Origin: an uncultured Catonella sp.
GTDB lineage: Bacteria > Bacillota > Clostridia > Lachnospirales > Lachnospiraceae
Direction: 5' to 3'
Assembly: GCA_916439065.1 (NCBI GenBank)
Contig: CAKAGD010000001.1
Location: forward strand, 61,778 to 125,777
Length of the DNA stretch: 64,000 nt
Shown here: piece after piece, positions 13,809-23,923 of the stretch
Numbering within the stretch: the first letter of the stretch is position 1
How the letters are laid out: each line of letters starts with the position of its first letter
Made by a program: the position numbers and the translations under genes
Notes under the pieces: generated by a model
What the model was told of the DNA's origin: nothing
What the model saw: only the letters and a program-made list of their open reading frames with translations
The model's database searches: none

Positions 13809-14594
13809 ATGGCAGAAAGAATTGAAATGCTAAAAACCATATATGGGAAGTTTGATGAGGATAAAAGGCTTACCTCAAGCAGACAGGGGCAGCTTGAGTA
13901 TTTTATTACGATGAATTATGTGGATAAGTACATCAAGCCCGGTGATAAGATACTGGAAATAGGTGCAGGGACAGGCAGATATTCCATAGCACTTGCAAAA
14001 AAAGGTTATGATATTACTGCGGTTGAGCTTGTGGAAAGTAATCTTGAAGTCTTAAAGAAAAATGCTAAAGGTTTGGAGAATATATCAGCTTTTCAGGGTG
14101 ATGCACTGAATCTAAGTAGATTTGATGACAATACCTTTGATGTAACCCTTTTATTTGGACCTATGTATCATCTATATGAAGAAAAAGACAGGCATAAGGC
14201 CTTAGATGAAGCAATTCGTGTAACAAAGCCTGATGGAGTTGTACTTGTAGCATTTTTATCAGCGCATGCAATTATGATGAGTAATTATCTTTCAGGCAAT
14301 TTTAAAGAGGGTTTTATGGCTAATTTTGATGAGGACTATAAGGTGAAGCATTTCACAGAACAGGCATTTACAGGTTTTGATATAGTGGAATTTGAAGAAA
14401 TGTTTGAGGCTAAACCAGTGAAGTATATAACTACGGTTGCTGCAGACAGTGTTTTAGAAATAGTTGAGAGAGATCCTGAATTTAAAATGTCAGATGACGA
14501 TTTTAAATTATTTTTAGACTATCAGCTCCATATTTGTGAAAAAAGGGAAATGCTGGGGTATTCTTGCCATTTGTTGTATATTTGTAGGAAGTAA
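13809..14594 (+). CDS. Class I SAM-dependent methyltransferase
   Basis: ILEIGAGTGRY, FDVTLLFGPMYHL. Confidence 0.88.
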   Translation: MAERIEMLKTIYGKFDEDKRLTSSRQGQLEYFITMNYVDKYIKPGDKILEIGAGTGRYSIALAKKGYDITAVELVESNLEVLKKNAKGLENISAFQGDALNLSRFDDNTFDVTLLFGPMYHLYEEKDRHKALDEAIRVTKPDGVVLVAFLSAHAIMMSNYLSGNFKEGFMANFDEDYKVKHFTEQAFTGFDIVEFEEMFEAKPVKYITTVAADSVLEIVERDPEFKMSDDDFKLFLDYQLHICEKREMLGYSCHLLYICRK

Positions 14595-14627
14595 ATGCGG
14601 AAGATAATACGGAAGTAAGGTGAAATT

Positions 14628-15599
14628 ATGGAGAAGTATAAACCGCCTTTTATAATTACAGATAAGATATTAATGTATGTATCGTCTATTTCAGAAAAAA
14701 TAGGAAGGATAACTGCGATTGGTAATCTTGATACAAGACCATATCTTAGAAGAAATAATAGAATTAAATCCATTCATTCATCACTTAAAATTGAGGCAAA
14801 TTCACTTTCTTTGGGACAGGTAAGAGATGTAATAAATGGAAAGACTGTATTAGGAGAGCAGAAAGAAATTCTTGAGGTCAAGAATGCCTATGCTGCTTAC
14901 GAACATTTATCTGATATTAATCCTTATGATATCAAGGATTTAAAAAAAATTCATGGAGTTATGATAAATAATATTTTGAGAGAATCAGGTGAATTCAGAA
15001 CTGGTGAAGAATGCATATTTATGGCACCACCTGCAAAGTTTGTCCCACAGCTTGTAAGTGAGCTTTTTGATTGGATGAAGAAAAATCATAATCAGGTTCA
15101 TCCGCTTATAATGAGTTGTACATTTCACTATGAATTTGTATTTATTCATCCATTTTCTGACGGTAACGGAAGAATGGCAAGATTGTGGCAAACAGCTATA
15201 CTATCGAAGTGGAAGACGATATTTGAATATATTCCTATTGAAAGCCAGATAGAGAAATTTCAGGAGGAATATTATGAAGTGATTGCAAAATGTCATATTA
15301 ATGGGGATTCTACGATTTTTATAGAATTTATGTTGTCACAGCTTGATAAAATTTTAGACGATATCTCTATTCAGTTTAATGAAGCAAATGAGCATATTTC
15401 AGAAGCTGTTAAAAGGTTACTTGATGTGATGGAATATGACATTCCATACACGAGTAAGACACTTATGGAAAAGCTTGGCTTGAAATCAAGAGAGGGATTT
15501 AGAAAGAATTATCTAAATCCTGCAATAGATATGTGTGTTATTAAAATGACAGATCCGGATACACCAAGAAGCAGAAACCAGAGATATATCAGAGTTTAA
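14628..15599 (+). CDS. Fic family protein with C-terminal HTH
   Basis: HPFSDGNGRMAR Fic motif; SSLKIEAN. Confidence 0.92.
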   Translation: MEKYKPPFIITDKILMYVSSISEKIGRITAIGNLDTRPYLRRNNRIKSIHSSLKIEANSLSLGQVRDVINGKTVLGEQKEILEVKNAYAAYEHLSDINPYDIKDLKKIHGVMINNILRESGEFRTGEECIFMAPPAKFVPQLVSELFDWMKKNHNQVHPLIMSCTFHYEFVFIHPFSDGNGRMARLWQTAILSKWKTIFEYIPIESQIEKFQEEYYEVIAKCHINGDSTIFIEFMLSQLDKILDDISIQFNEANEHISEAVKRLLDVMEYDIPYTSKTLMEKLGLKSREGFRKNYLNPAIDMCVIKMTDPDTPRSRNQRYIRV

Positions 15600-15624
15600 C
15601 TTGAGGGAATATAGGGAGTAAAAT

Positions 15625-16425
15625 ATGGATTTAGAAATAGTTTTCAGTGATGTAGATGGAACCTTATTAAATAGTGAGCATAAGATGCTTGATGGAACAA
15701 AGTATGCAATACAAAAATTACAGAAAAAAGATATTCCTTTTGTAATAATATCGGCTAGAAGTCCATCAGGAATATATCCTATTTTAGAGGAAAATGGATT
15801 TTCCTGCCCTATTATATGTTACAGTGGAGCTTTAATATTAGATGAGAATAAGAATACTGTGTATTCATCAGGTTTTAATAGGGAAATAGCAGAGAAAGTA
15901 ATCAGTTTTATTGAGAAAGAGAACTTCGACTGTTGTTGGAATCTTTACTCAGGTGATAACTGGATAGTTAAGGATAAGAGCGATGAAAGAGTGATAACTG
16001 AGGAAAATATCGTGAAAACTGAGGCTGTCAGTGGCTCTGTAGAGTTATTATCTATCGATGCAAAGATAGGAAAAATTCTTTGTATCTGTAACCCTGAAAA
16101 GACTGATGAAATTGAAGATAAGATAAAGAAGAACTTCCCTGCTTTATCGGTAGTTAAATCATTTCATACTATGATTGAGATTATGGCTCCCGGTATAACA
16201 AAGGGAAGTGCGGTTTTGGAACTATGTAGATTGTGGAATATAGATGTGAAGAGGGCAGCAGCTTTCGGAGATAATTTTAACGATGTGGAAATGCTTGAAG
16301 TGGTAGGACTTCCATTTCTTATGGAAAATGCACCTGATGAACTTAAACAACGCTTTAAGACTATAACTGATAGTAATAACGATGAAGGGATATATAAGGC
16401 TCTTGTCAAAATTGGAGCAATTTAA
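15625..16425 (+). CDS. Cof-type HAD-IIB hydrolase
   Basis: DVDGTL, KGSA, FGDNFND motifs. Confidence 0.92.
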   Translation: MDLEIVFSDVDGTLLNSEHKMLDGTKYAIQKLQKKDIPFVIISARSPSGIYPILEENGFSCPIICYSGALILDENKNTVYSSGFNREIAEKVISFIEKENFDCCWNLYSGDNWIVKDKSDERVITEENIVKTEAVSGSVELLSIDAKIGKILCICNPEKTDEIEDKIKKNFPALSVVKSFHTMIEIMAPGITKGSAVLELCRLWNIDVKRAAAFGDNFNDVEMLEVVGLPFLMENAPDELKQRFKTITDSNNDEGIYKALVKIGAI

Positions 16426-16620
16426 TTGAAGCAAAATCCATGGATAAAATTATAATTATTTGTAAAAGGTAAATATTTTTGGATATTCATTTGTATTAAA
16501 AAAATAAAAAGATAAAATAGAATTAAAAATCAGTGATATGATTGATTTAGATGTGTTTTTTGATGAACTATGTTAATTATTTTCACAGGAAACAGAGAAG
16601 GTGATAATAAAGGAGGCAGG

Positions 16621-16947
16621 ATGAAAGCTTTTATAAAGAAATATTATGTTTATATTTTAGTAATGTTTGCATTTTATGTGGCAGCACCGTTGTTGTGTAG
16701 GGATACAGGCAGTGCTATGTTTACACTGCTCTGTCTTTTACCGGTTATATTATTCATACTTTCACTTGTTTATGCCAAAATGAATGGATTTAAATGGTAT
16801 TTATCTCTGGCAGTTGCATTACTTTGGTTACCGACTGTTTTTATCTATTATAACGAAAGTGCAATGATATATGCTCTTATTTATGGAGTTATAAGCTTTG
16901 CCGGACAGGGGATAGGATTTTTGATGAATTGCCGGTTCCGAAGGTAA
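16621..16947 (+). CDS. Small membrane protein (about four TM helices)
   Basis: Hydrophobic ORF with AGGAGG RBS. Confidence 0.7.
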   Translation: MKAFIKKYYVYILVMFAFYVAAPLLCRDTGSAMFTLLCLLPVILFILSLVYAKMNGFKWYLSLAVALLWLPTVFIYYNESAMIYALIYGVISFAGQGIGFLMNCRFRR

Positions 16948-16988
16948 GAAAGAAACAGTAGAATATTAACTTTTATGGAGGTATGAGA

Positions 16989-17413
16989 ATGGACAGATTA
17001 AAGAACTTTATGAAGCAAAGAGGGCGGCTGAAGAGGTAATTGCAAGGATAGATAACGCCATATCTTCTTTAGACAGTGCATCATCCTGGGGATTATTTGA
17101 TATTTTTGGTGGAGGAATGATTTCAAGCTTTATTAAGAGGGGTAAAATTCAGGATGCAAATGCTGATATCGAAGAAATTTACTCTTCACTAACTGTATTA
17201 AGTAAGGAGCTTGAAGATGTTGATATGCATTTGCCGGCAGAAATAAGCGATACTATTAGCGATGGTGCTTTTGACATCTGGTTTGACAATATATTTACGG
17301 ATATTAGGGTACAGGGTGAAATTAAAGATACATTGTATGAGTTAAAGGATTTCAGAAGAGATATAATTAGTTTGATAGAAAGGTTAAATGCTGAAATAAG
17401 ACAATATCAATAA
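16989..17413 (+). CDS. Hypothetical helical protein (indel near start)
   Basis: GGAGGT RBS; ...SLDSASSWGLFDIFGGGMISS...DIWFDNIFTDIRVQ. Confidence 0.7.
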
Positions 17414-17439
17414 TTTGGGTTAAATATTGGAGTAAAACT

Positions 17440-17784
17440 ATGTTTGGTAAGCTTGTAAAAGTAACAGTAGATAGACCGCTCGGAAGCTATCATCCTAAAC
17501 ATAAGAATATGTATTATCCGATAAATTATGGATATATAGAAGGAATAATTGCAGGAGATGGTGAAGAACAAGATGCCTATATAATAGGTATTGATGAGCC
17601 GATAAAAGAGTTTACGGGTAGGGTAATTGCCATTATTCATCGTTACGATGATGTAGAAGAAAAGTGGGTGGTTGCACCTGAAAACAGTCATTTTACAAAG
17701 GCTGAGATTATGGAAAAAGTTGAGTTTACAGAAAAGTATTATGACTCTGAAATTATAATGATGGATGATAATACAAGCAGTTAA
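17440..17784 (+). CDS. Inorganic pyrophosphatase-like protein
   Basis: DRPLGS, YPINYGYI, DGEEQDAY motifs. Confidence 0.85.
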   Translation: MFGKLVKVTVDRPLGSYHPKHKNMYYPINYGYIEGIIAGDGEEQDAYIIGIDEPIKEFTGRVIAIIHRYDDVEEKWVVAPENSHFTKAEIMEKVEFTEKYYDSEIIMMDDNTSS

Positions 17785-17853
17785 TATTAGCGTTTTTTTG
17801 ATAACAAAAAACAAAAAAACACCAACATTAAAATTGCAATTATAGGAGATTAT

Positions 17854-18351
17854 ATGGGGAAATTTTTATCCGAAATAAAACAAAATTTAAGCAGTAATTC
17901 ACTAGTTTGGATAAAGCCGATAGAAGATGAAACTGACCTTTGGTATGCGGTAGAAGAATGTAAGATAACAAGTGGACAGATGGAATATGTAAATCCTGCA
18001 AGTTTTTCGGTAGGGAGAGCATATTTAGATCCGGAAAATAATGTGCCTTGTGTTATTTACAATAATGAAAAATAAAAAGAGTGGGCTTTTATTTCGTTTA
18101 GAAAAAAATAGTACTTAATAAAAAAAGGGTTTAATTGGAGTTTTTATATAGATAAGAATTATCAGAATAAGGGTTTAGGAAGAGCAACCGCAGAGAGTGC
18201 GATAAAAACTTTGAAAAATGTGGACAGCAATATGCCGATTTTCCTAACTACTGAACAAAATAATGAGTTGGCTCAGAGATTATACATTAATTTAGGATTT
18301 AGAAAAGCGAATTTTTTGGATGGGGATGATTTGGTGTTTATACATGAATAA
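17854..18351 (+). CDS. GNAT acetyltransferase (indels near 18070-18130)
   Basis: YQNKGLGR motif and NELAQRLYINLGF in the downstream frame. Confidence 0.75.
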
Positions 18352-18376
18352 ATCTGTATTTTGGAGATATTAGAAT

Positions 18377-18814
18377 ATGAAAATTATACCTTTTGAAGAA
18401 AGCTATAGAGATGATCTAATATTTATGATTTTGCAAGCTAAGGATGCTTTGGGTAGAAAACCGGGCTTAAATGAAGACCTGTTAGATATAAAATCTCATT
18501 ATTTTGATAGAGGTGGCAGATTTTGGATTGCCATTGATGGTAATGACAGAGTTATAGGAAGTATTGGATATGTAAGAGTTGATGGCACAAATGAAGCATT
18601 CATTCATAGGTTATTTGTTAAGGTGGCGGAGAAACAAAAAGGAATAGGTAGTGCGTTACTTAAAATTGCAGAAGAAGATATGAAAAATAATGAGATATCT
18701 GTTGCAAAGGTGCATCTTGGCATACCTAAAGATGATTGGTTTGAGTCTTATTCTTTTTATCAAAAACATGGTTATGTTGAATATGAAGAGAGGTATATGA
18801 AGAAATTGTTGTAA
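18377..18814 (+). CDS. GNAT acetyltransferase
   Basis: RLFV...QKGIGSALL...FYQKHGY. Confidence 0.9.
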   Translation: MKIIPFEESYRDDLIFMILQAKDALGRKPGLNEDLLDIKSHYFDRGGRFWIAIDGNDRVIGSIGYVRVDGTNEAFIHRLFVKVAEKQKGIGSALLKIAEEDMKNNEISVAKVHLGIPKDDWFESYSFYQKHGYVEYEERYMKKLL

Positions 18815-18847
18815 GATATGAATATAAAAAAATAAAAGGAGATTTTT

Positions 18848-19102
18848 ATGATAAAAAGAAAAAAACTTTATTCTGCATATATTTGCGTAATAGTGTTTTG
18901 TATTTGCTTGATAGGTGGATTCTTTATTAAAACTTTGTTTGCTTTTGCTATTGTAGGTTTAGCAGGATATATTCTGATTGATAAAAAGTATTTGAGATGC
19001 CCACATTGCGGTGGCTTTGAAAATTTGGAAAGACTCTTATATGCAAAAAAACATATTTATCACTGTAGCCATTGCGGTGAAATTATAGAGATTGAAAAAT
19101 AA
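18848..19102 (+). CDS. Small membrane protein with C-terminal zinc ribbon
   Basis: Two hydrophobic helices, CPHCG and CSHCG. Confidence 0.7.
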   Translation: MIKRKKLYSAYICVIVFCICLIGGFFIKTLFAFAIVGLAGYILIDKKYLRCPHCGGFENLERLLYAKKHIYHCSHCGEIIEIEK

Positions 19103-19138
19103 AAGAAATGTAGAAATTCATCTTTGGAGGGGTTAAAC

Positions 19139-19360
19139 ATGAAAAAACGAAATGTGGTTATTGTATGCATCTTGTTAGCTGTTTTTCTTCTTATACCAAT
19201 TCCGTTGCGATTAAAAGATGGAGGTACTGTGGAGTATAAAGCTTTAGTTTATAGAGTTTTAAAGGTTCATAGGTTAGCACCTGTTGAATCGGGAAAAGAA
19301 TATGAAGAAGGAATTATTATTAAAGTTCTGGGTATTGAAGTTTATAATAATGTTGAATAG
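19139..19360 (+). CDS. Small membrane-anchored hypothetical protein
   Basis: MKKR + hydrophobic segment, PIP..LKDGGTVEY. Confidence 0.65.
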   Translation: MKKRNVVIVCILLAVFLLIPIPLRLKDGGTVEYKALVYRVLKVHRLAPVESGKEYEEGIIIKVLGIEVYNNVE

Positions 19361-19466
19361 AAAAATGTATCTATTTTGAAAATAAGAATAATATTTTTTT
19401 ACAAGCATTTTATAATAGATTTAATTATGCATCTAACTTGTTTGTAGACTATTATGATTATGAAAA

Positions 19467-19482
19467 TGTTTCACGTGAAACA
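19467..19482. promoter_or_regulatory. parS centromere site (ParB/Spo0J binding)
   Basis: Perfect TGTTTCACGTGAAACA palindrome. Confidence 0.92.
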
Positions 19483-19492
19483 TTTATAAGAT

Positions 19493-19891
19493 AAATTCTA
19501 ATTTGTAGGGCTATTTTAAATCAACTAAGTTGACGCTCCGAATGATAACATTTCAGACTCGCTCCGGCATCCGCTTCGCTTCGCCTAATGCGCTCGCTTA
19601 GAATTTATCATTCGGAGCTGGCACCTTAAATTTATACAAATAATAACTAGAATACCAAATGAAAGGCAGCCACCCCAACCTGCCCCCCCTTGTGGCTGAT
19701 GTGTTTGTTTTTGCTGACTAATCAATTAAACAGCCGGAACTAATAATGCCTAAGCGAGCGCATTAGGTTTTTCGTCAACAGAACTATTCTAAAACAGCTT
19801 CGTTCAGAAAAACCGGAGCGAGTCTGGACATTTATTAGTGGAGGCATGACTTAGTCAACAAACAACACATTAGCCCTACAAATTAGAATTT
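19493..19891 (+). repeat. Modular palindromic element, copy 2 (complete, 399 bp, two opposed modules)
   Basis: Perfect 21-bp terminal inverted repeat aaattctaatttgtagggcta / tagccctacaaattagaattt. Confidence 0.92.
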
Positions 19892-19922
19892 GTGAAGAAA
19901 ATTTACGAAGTGGAGATGCAAC

Positions 19923-20390
19923 ATGAACATAAAATTAGTTAGAATTGGTGTTAATGAAGTGGAAAACTTATGGAATATGCAAATCATTGCATTCAAAAGT
20001 TTGTTAGAAAAATATCAAGATTTTAGAACAAGTCCGGGAGCTGAATCGAAAGAGAAGATTAAAGCAAAATTACTACAAGATTATACTTATTTCTATTATA
20101 TCTATGTGGATGAAAACATTGTCGGTGCTGTTAGGGTAGTTGATAAGAAGGATGCGAGTAGAAAGAGAATTGCTCCTATTTTTATAGTTGAACATTACCG
20201 TAATAAAGGTATAGCGCAAAGAGTTTTTTCTGAAATAGAAAGAATTCATGGAGAAAATAACTGGAAGCTAGATACTATCTTTCAAGAAAAGGGTAATTGT
20301 TATCTGTATGAAAAGCTTGGATATAAAAGAATAGGGGAACTTGAAAGAATAAATGATGCAATGGATATAGTTTATTATGTAAAGGATTGA
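19923..20390 (+). CDS. GNAT acetyltransferase
   Basis: YRNKGIAQ, LYEKLGY. Confidence 0.9.
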   Translation: MNIKLVRIGVNEVENLWNMQIIAFKSLLEKYQDFRTSPGAESKEKIKAKLLQDYTYFYYIYVDENIVGAVRVVDKKDASRKRIAPIFIVEHYRNKGIAQRVFSEIERIHGENNWKLDTIFQEKGNCYLYEKLGYKRIGELERINDAMDIVYYVKD

Positions 20391-20584
20391 TTTGCTTATA
20401 GTGTTTTCACTTCTATACTGACCACATCGGCTTAGTTAGGAAGTTAATGAAACAAGGTGTGCAATTATTATTACTTGATGCATACGAAGAAAATAGCAAA
20501 TTAAAGAAAGATTGGGAACTTATAATGAGCTATAACCCTAAAACAATTTACTATGCACATGCTAATGATAAAAATATAAGATAG
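20391..20584 (+). pseudogene. Remnant of an MBL-fold metallo-hydrolase gene (5' and internal deletion)
   Basis: HFYTDHIGLVRKLMKQGVQLLLLD joined to AYEENSKLKKDWELIMSYNPKTIYYAHANDKNIR*; no start codon. Confidence 0.6.
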
Positions 20585-20612
20585 ACAAGCCCCACTCAGA
20601 TAAGGAGAAATA

Positions 20613-21110
20613 ATGGAAATAAGATATATTGATTCGTCTGATGATAAAATGAAAATTAGCAAAATAATGGAGGATAGTTGGAAATATACTTATAGAGGTA
20701 TCGTTCCACAGGAATTTCTAGATAAAATTCCAAGAGGACATTGGAGTAACAGATTGGAAAGTCCTGGCTTGTACACTATGGTATGCATTAAAGATGGTGA
20801 GTATATCGGGACTGCAAGTTTTGGTAGAGCAAGAATTGATAATTGCAGTGATTCTGGAGAAATAATTTCAATTTATTTGTTGCCTGAATATATAGGCAAA
20901 GGTTATGGAATAAAAATAATGGATTCAGTAATAAATGAATTAAGAATACATGAATATAAAGAGGTTATTCTTTATGTTCTTGAAGAAAACACCAGAGCCA
21001 GGAAGTTCTATGAAAGGTATGGATTTGAACTTTGCAATGATGATAAAGAAGTGATAATTGGTGGCAAGAAATTAACAGCTGTAAGATATGCCATACGATA
21101 TATACAATAA
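20613..21110 (+). CDS. GNAT acetyltransferase
   Basis: IYLLPEYIGKGYG, VLEENTRARKFYERYGF. Confidence 0.92.
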   Translation: MEIRYIDSSDDKMKISKIMEDSWKYTYRGIVPQEFLDKIPRGHWSNRLESPGLYTMVCIKDGEYIGTASFGRARIDNCSDSGEIISIYLLPEYIGKGYGIKIMDSVINELRIHEYKEVILYVLEENTRARKFYERYGFELCNDDKEVIIGGKKLTAVRYAIRYIQ

Positions 21111-21142
21111 TAGAAAGCCATGTAGTTAGTTGGAGGACTATT

Positions 21143-21733
21143 ATGTTAGATAAAGTAAACAACGATATATCAAAACAAAGAAAATATATGGATTGGAATA
21201 ATATGTTAATACATTTGGAAGCCTTATATGTTTTAGACAATGCATTAACTGAGCCAGAAGATGATGACTTGAGATTGATACGGAAGTTCGAGACTGATAA
21301 TATGATAAAGTATATTGTTGATAATGGTGCAGGAGATAAGTTAACAGTATTATTTACAGAAACTGCAGTGCTAATAAAAGGCTTTGCTCATGAAAATAGT
21401 CTTAATCAGTTTGCTGCTGCTGAATGGAATCAGGACATTATTGATATGATGTATGAAGGCTTAGACGAGAAAATGAAAAATATGTTTACAGATGATGAGA
21501 GACAGGAAACTACTTTTTTTATTTGGTATGACGGCGAAGTTCATCAAAATCAGATAGAAGGAAATGATGGAGGACGCTGGTTACTCGGATATGCTTTCGA
21601 TAGTTATGAAAGATTTAAGGAGTTTGCGACAGACTATTATGATATGGTATTTGACAATGACTTACTTAGAAAATTATACACTTATTCAGCTTTGTCAGAA
21701 TTAGAATTGTCAAAACTGATACGGGGGGTGTAG
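21143..21733 (+). CDS. Hypothetical protein, trio gene 1 copy A
   Basis: Intact ORF with RBS; paralogue at 25392. Confidence 0.8.
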   Translation: MLDKVNNDISKQRKYMDWNNMLIHLEALYVLDNALTEPEDDDLRLIRKFETDNMIKYIVDNGAGDKLTVLFTETAVLIKGFAHENSLNQFAAAEWNQDIIDMMYEGLDEKMKNMFTDDERQETTFFIWYDGEVHQNQIEGNDGGRWLLGYAFDSYERFKEFATDYYDMVFDNDLLRKLYTYSALSELELSKLIRGV

Positions 21734-21739
21734 ATAACA

Positions 21740-22132
21740 ATGTCTATAACAGTATATATTCACTTAAATGAAGAAAGAAATTCACAGTTTGATGTTAAGC
21801 TATTTAATGAAGATATTAGTACAAAATATCCTGGCACGAACTTGGAAGTAAGCATTACTGCTCGAAATTTTGACATTTGCTGGGAAAATTATTCTAAGCA
21901 GTATCAATTTGAACTCAGAATGGATAGAAATCGCTGTACATTTGCTATAGAATACTTTAATTCTGATGACGAGTTATACGAGTTTGCACGATTCATAGCT
22001 TGGCTTAGAAGTTATTTTGATAGAGATAAGAATGTGATATTGCTTTATGAGACGGATTGTTCACAGCTTAATTTATCCTGCGATAAGACAATTGATGATA
22101 TAAGGATATGGCTTGAAGAAACTTTTGGTTAA
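21740..22132 (+). CDS. Hypothetical protein, trio gene 2 copy A
   Basis: Intact ORF; paralogue at 25983. Confidence 0.8.
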   Translation: MSITVYIHLNEERNSQFDVKLFNEDISTKYPGTNLEVSITARNFDICWENYSKQYQFELRMDRNRCTFAIEYFNSDDELYEFARFIAWLRSYFDRDKNVILLYETDCSQLNLSCDKTIDDIRIWLEETFG

Positions 22133-22175
22133 TTTCTTATGTGATAGTACGGATAGAATAATTAGAACAATAAAA

Positions 22176-22191
22176 TGTTTCACGTGAAACA
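22176..22191. promoter_or_regulatory. parS site
   Basis: Perfect TGTTTCACGTGAAACA. Confidence 0.92.
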
Positions 22192-22208
22192 TTGGAAATG
22201 AGGTTAGT

Positions 22209-23028
22209 ATGAGTATTTATAATTGGATTCAAAGAAAATTGCTTGGGACATATGTAGAATGGTGGATTAAAAATCCAAATTCTAATCATAAAGAGTTTCA
22301 TATTGATGGTATTAATAATACACTAAAAAGCTATGAAGGATGGATATATTTACTATACAGAGACACGTCCGCCTTATGCGATAAAAAGGCTGCACCTCAA
22401 TGAAGGCAGTTGTAGCAAAAAAATAAAGATTATGTGAATTTATACCTTGAAATAAACGGTAAAAAAATACTGTATATATGACTTAGGCTATGAAGATGCG
22501 ATAAAAAAATAATGAGAACTTTTATGCAAAAAGAGACTCTTCCTGATGCAAAAAGCTATGTAGAAGTTGTGGACGATGAGAATGAAAAAGATGCAGAAAG
22601 CATTTGTTGAATTAACAGAACTATTATTAGGAAATACTAAACATACAAAGCAATTTCTTAAGAAAGTAAAGCCTGAGAATGAAGAAGACATGGAAGATGC
22701 CTGGCTTGAACTTTATGAAGAGTTGTTGCGAAAAGGTATAGCAATAGAACTTGACTGGAAAGTAAGAAAAGATGATTTTATGTCTGCAATTAAAAAACTA
22801 AGTAAAGGTTTTGAACTTGAGATAGATGGTGAAATATTGGATAGTGAGGAAGATGTTCCTAGATGGGGCAAAATCATCAATTCAATCTGGAAAGATTATG
22901 TTTTATCAGATATGGATGTGGGGAGTGACAGCTATGTATTGATGATACTTAGTAAAGAAGATTTTATAAAGGCTAAGGAGCTGGCAAGAGAGATATTAAA
23001 TAGGATAGCAGTTGTTGAAGAAACGTAA
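22209..23028 (+). CDS. Hypothetical protein (DUF6630-like C-terminus), trio gene 3 copy A, several indels
   Basis: Starts MSIYNWIQ; ELDWK...DVGSDSYVL; paralogue at 26624. Confidence 0.75.
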
Positions 23029-23090
23029 AAATGAAGGACTTGCTAGTTATAGATATATTTGGACTCGCCAAGAAAGGAGCTTGGAAGGCT

Positions 23091-23690
23091 ATGAGCCGCA
23101 TAATTGATGAAGCCTATTTTAAATACAGTGTATATAGTGCCATGGAGTCTGGAATACAAGTCAAATGTCCTAAATGTCAAGGATTAGGGGTGATAGTTGC
23201 TGATAATGACAATGTGCATTTTAAGTGTACGAGCTGTGGTCATCAAAAAAGCAATGATCGCACAATTTACCGCTACGATGTTAATAACAAATGCATAAAT
23301 TGTGGCAGATATTATAGAGTAGATATTGAAGACAAGGCAAAGCAGCATTTTTCTGCCCTAAATGTATTATGTCCTTATTGTGGAACTAAAATGCAAGGGG
23401 AGCTTCATAAAACTGCTGAGTCATTTTCATATACTGCTGAAATTGAGCATGGAAGAGAACCTTATTTCGGACTAGAGCTGTGGTTTTTGACATTTTTTCA
23501 GGGCAAGCCTGTTTGGGCACTGAACCGTGAACACCTTGGGTATTTAATTAAATATCTCAGTGCTGAAATGAGGATAAAGCCTCATAATATCACAGGAATG
23601 TCCCAATCTGATCATCTCCCTACTTTTATGAAAACCGCCAAGAATAGGGAAAGAATAGTGAAACTACTGAAGAAAATGCAGGAACAATAG
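23091..23690 (+). CDS. Multi-zinc-ribbon hypothetical protein
   Basis: Four CxxC pairs; PYFGLELW, WALNREHL, LPTFMKTAKNR. Confidence 0.75.
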   Translation: MSRIIDEAYFKYSVYSAMESGIQVKCPKCQGLGVIVADNDNVHFKCTSCGHQKSNDRTIYRYDVNNKCINCGRYYRVDIEDKAKQHFSALNVLCPYCGTKMQGELHKTAESFSYTAEIEHGREPYFGLELWFLTFFQGKPVWALNREHLGYLIKYLSAEMRIKPHNITGMSQSDHLPTFMKTAKNRERIVKLLKKMQEQ

Positions 23691-23720
23691 AAATATATCA
23701 AAAAGTTACTAGGAGAGCAA

Positions 23721-23918
23721 ATGAGTAATGTTGTTTTAGCAAAATACTTTGATAGGGTTAAGGCGGCTTACGAAACAAGCGCATTTACAGAAGGGATCTG
23801 TCCTGAAATGGAAGAAAAAATAATATAGTTTGAAGCAAATCATAAGCTTGATTTTGATAATAAGTGTTATGAAGATATAAATAGAAGAGTTTTTGAAAAT
23901 TTGGATGAATATGCTTGA
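23721..23918 (+). pseudogene. Degraded ORF, possibly an internally deleted SMI1/KNR4-like gene
   Basis: AGGAG RBS, MSNVVLAKYFDRV...EEKII*FEANHKL...LDEYA*; in-frame stop. Confidence 0.45.
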
Positions 23919-23923
23919 TAGTT

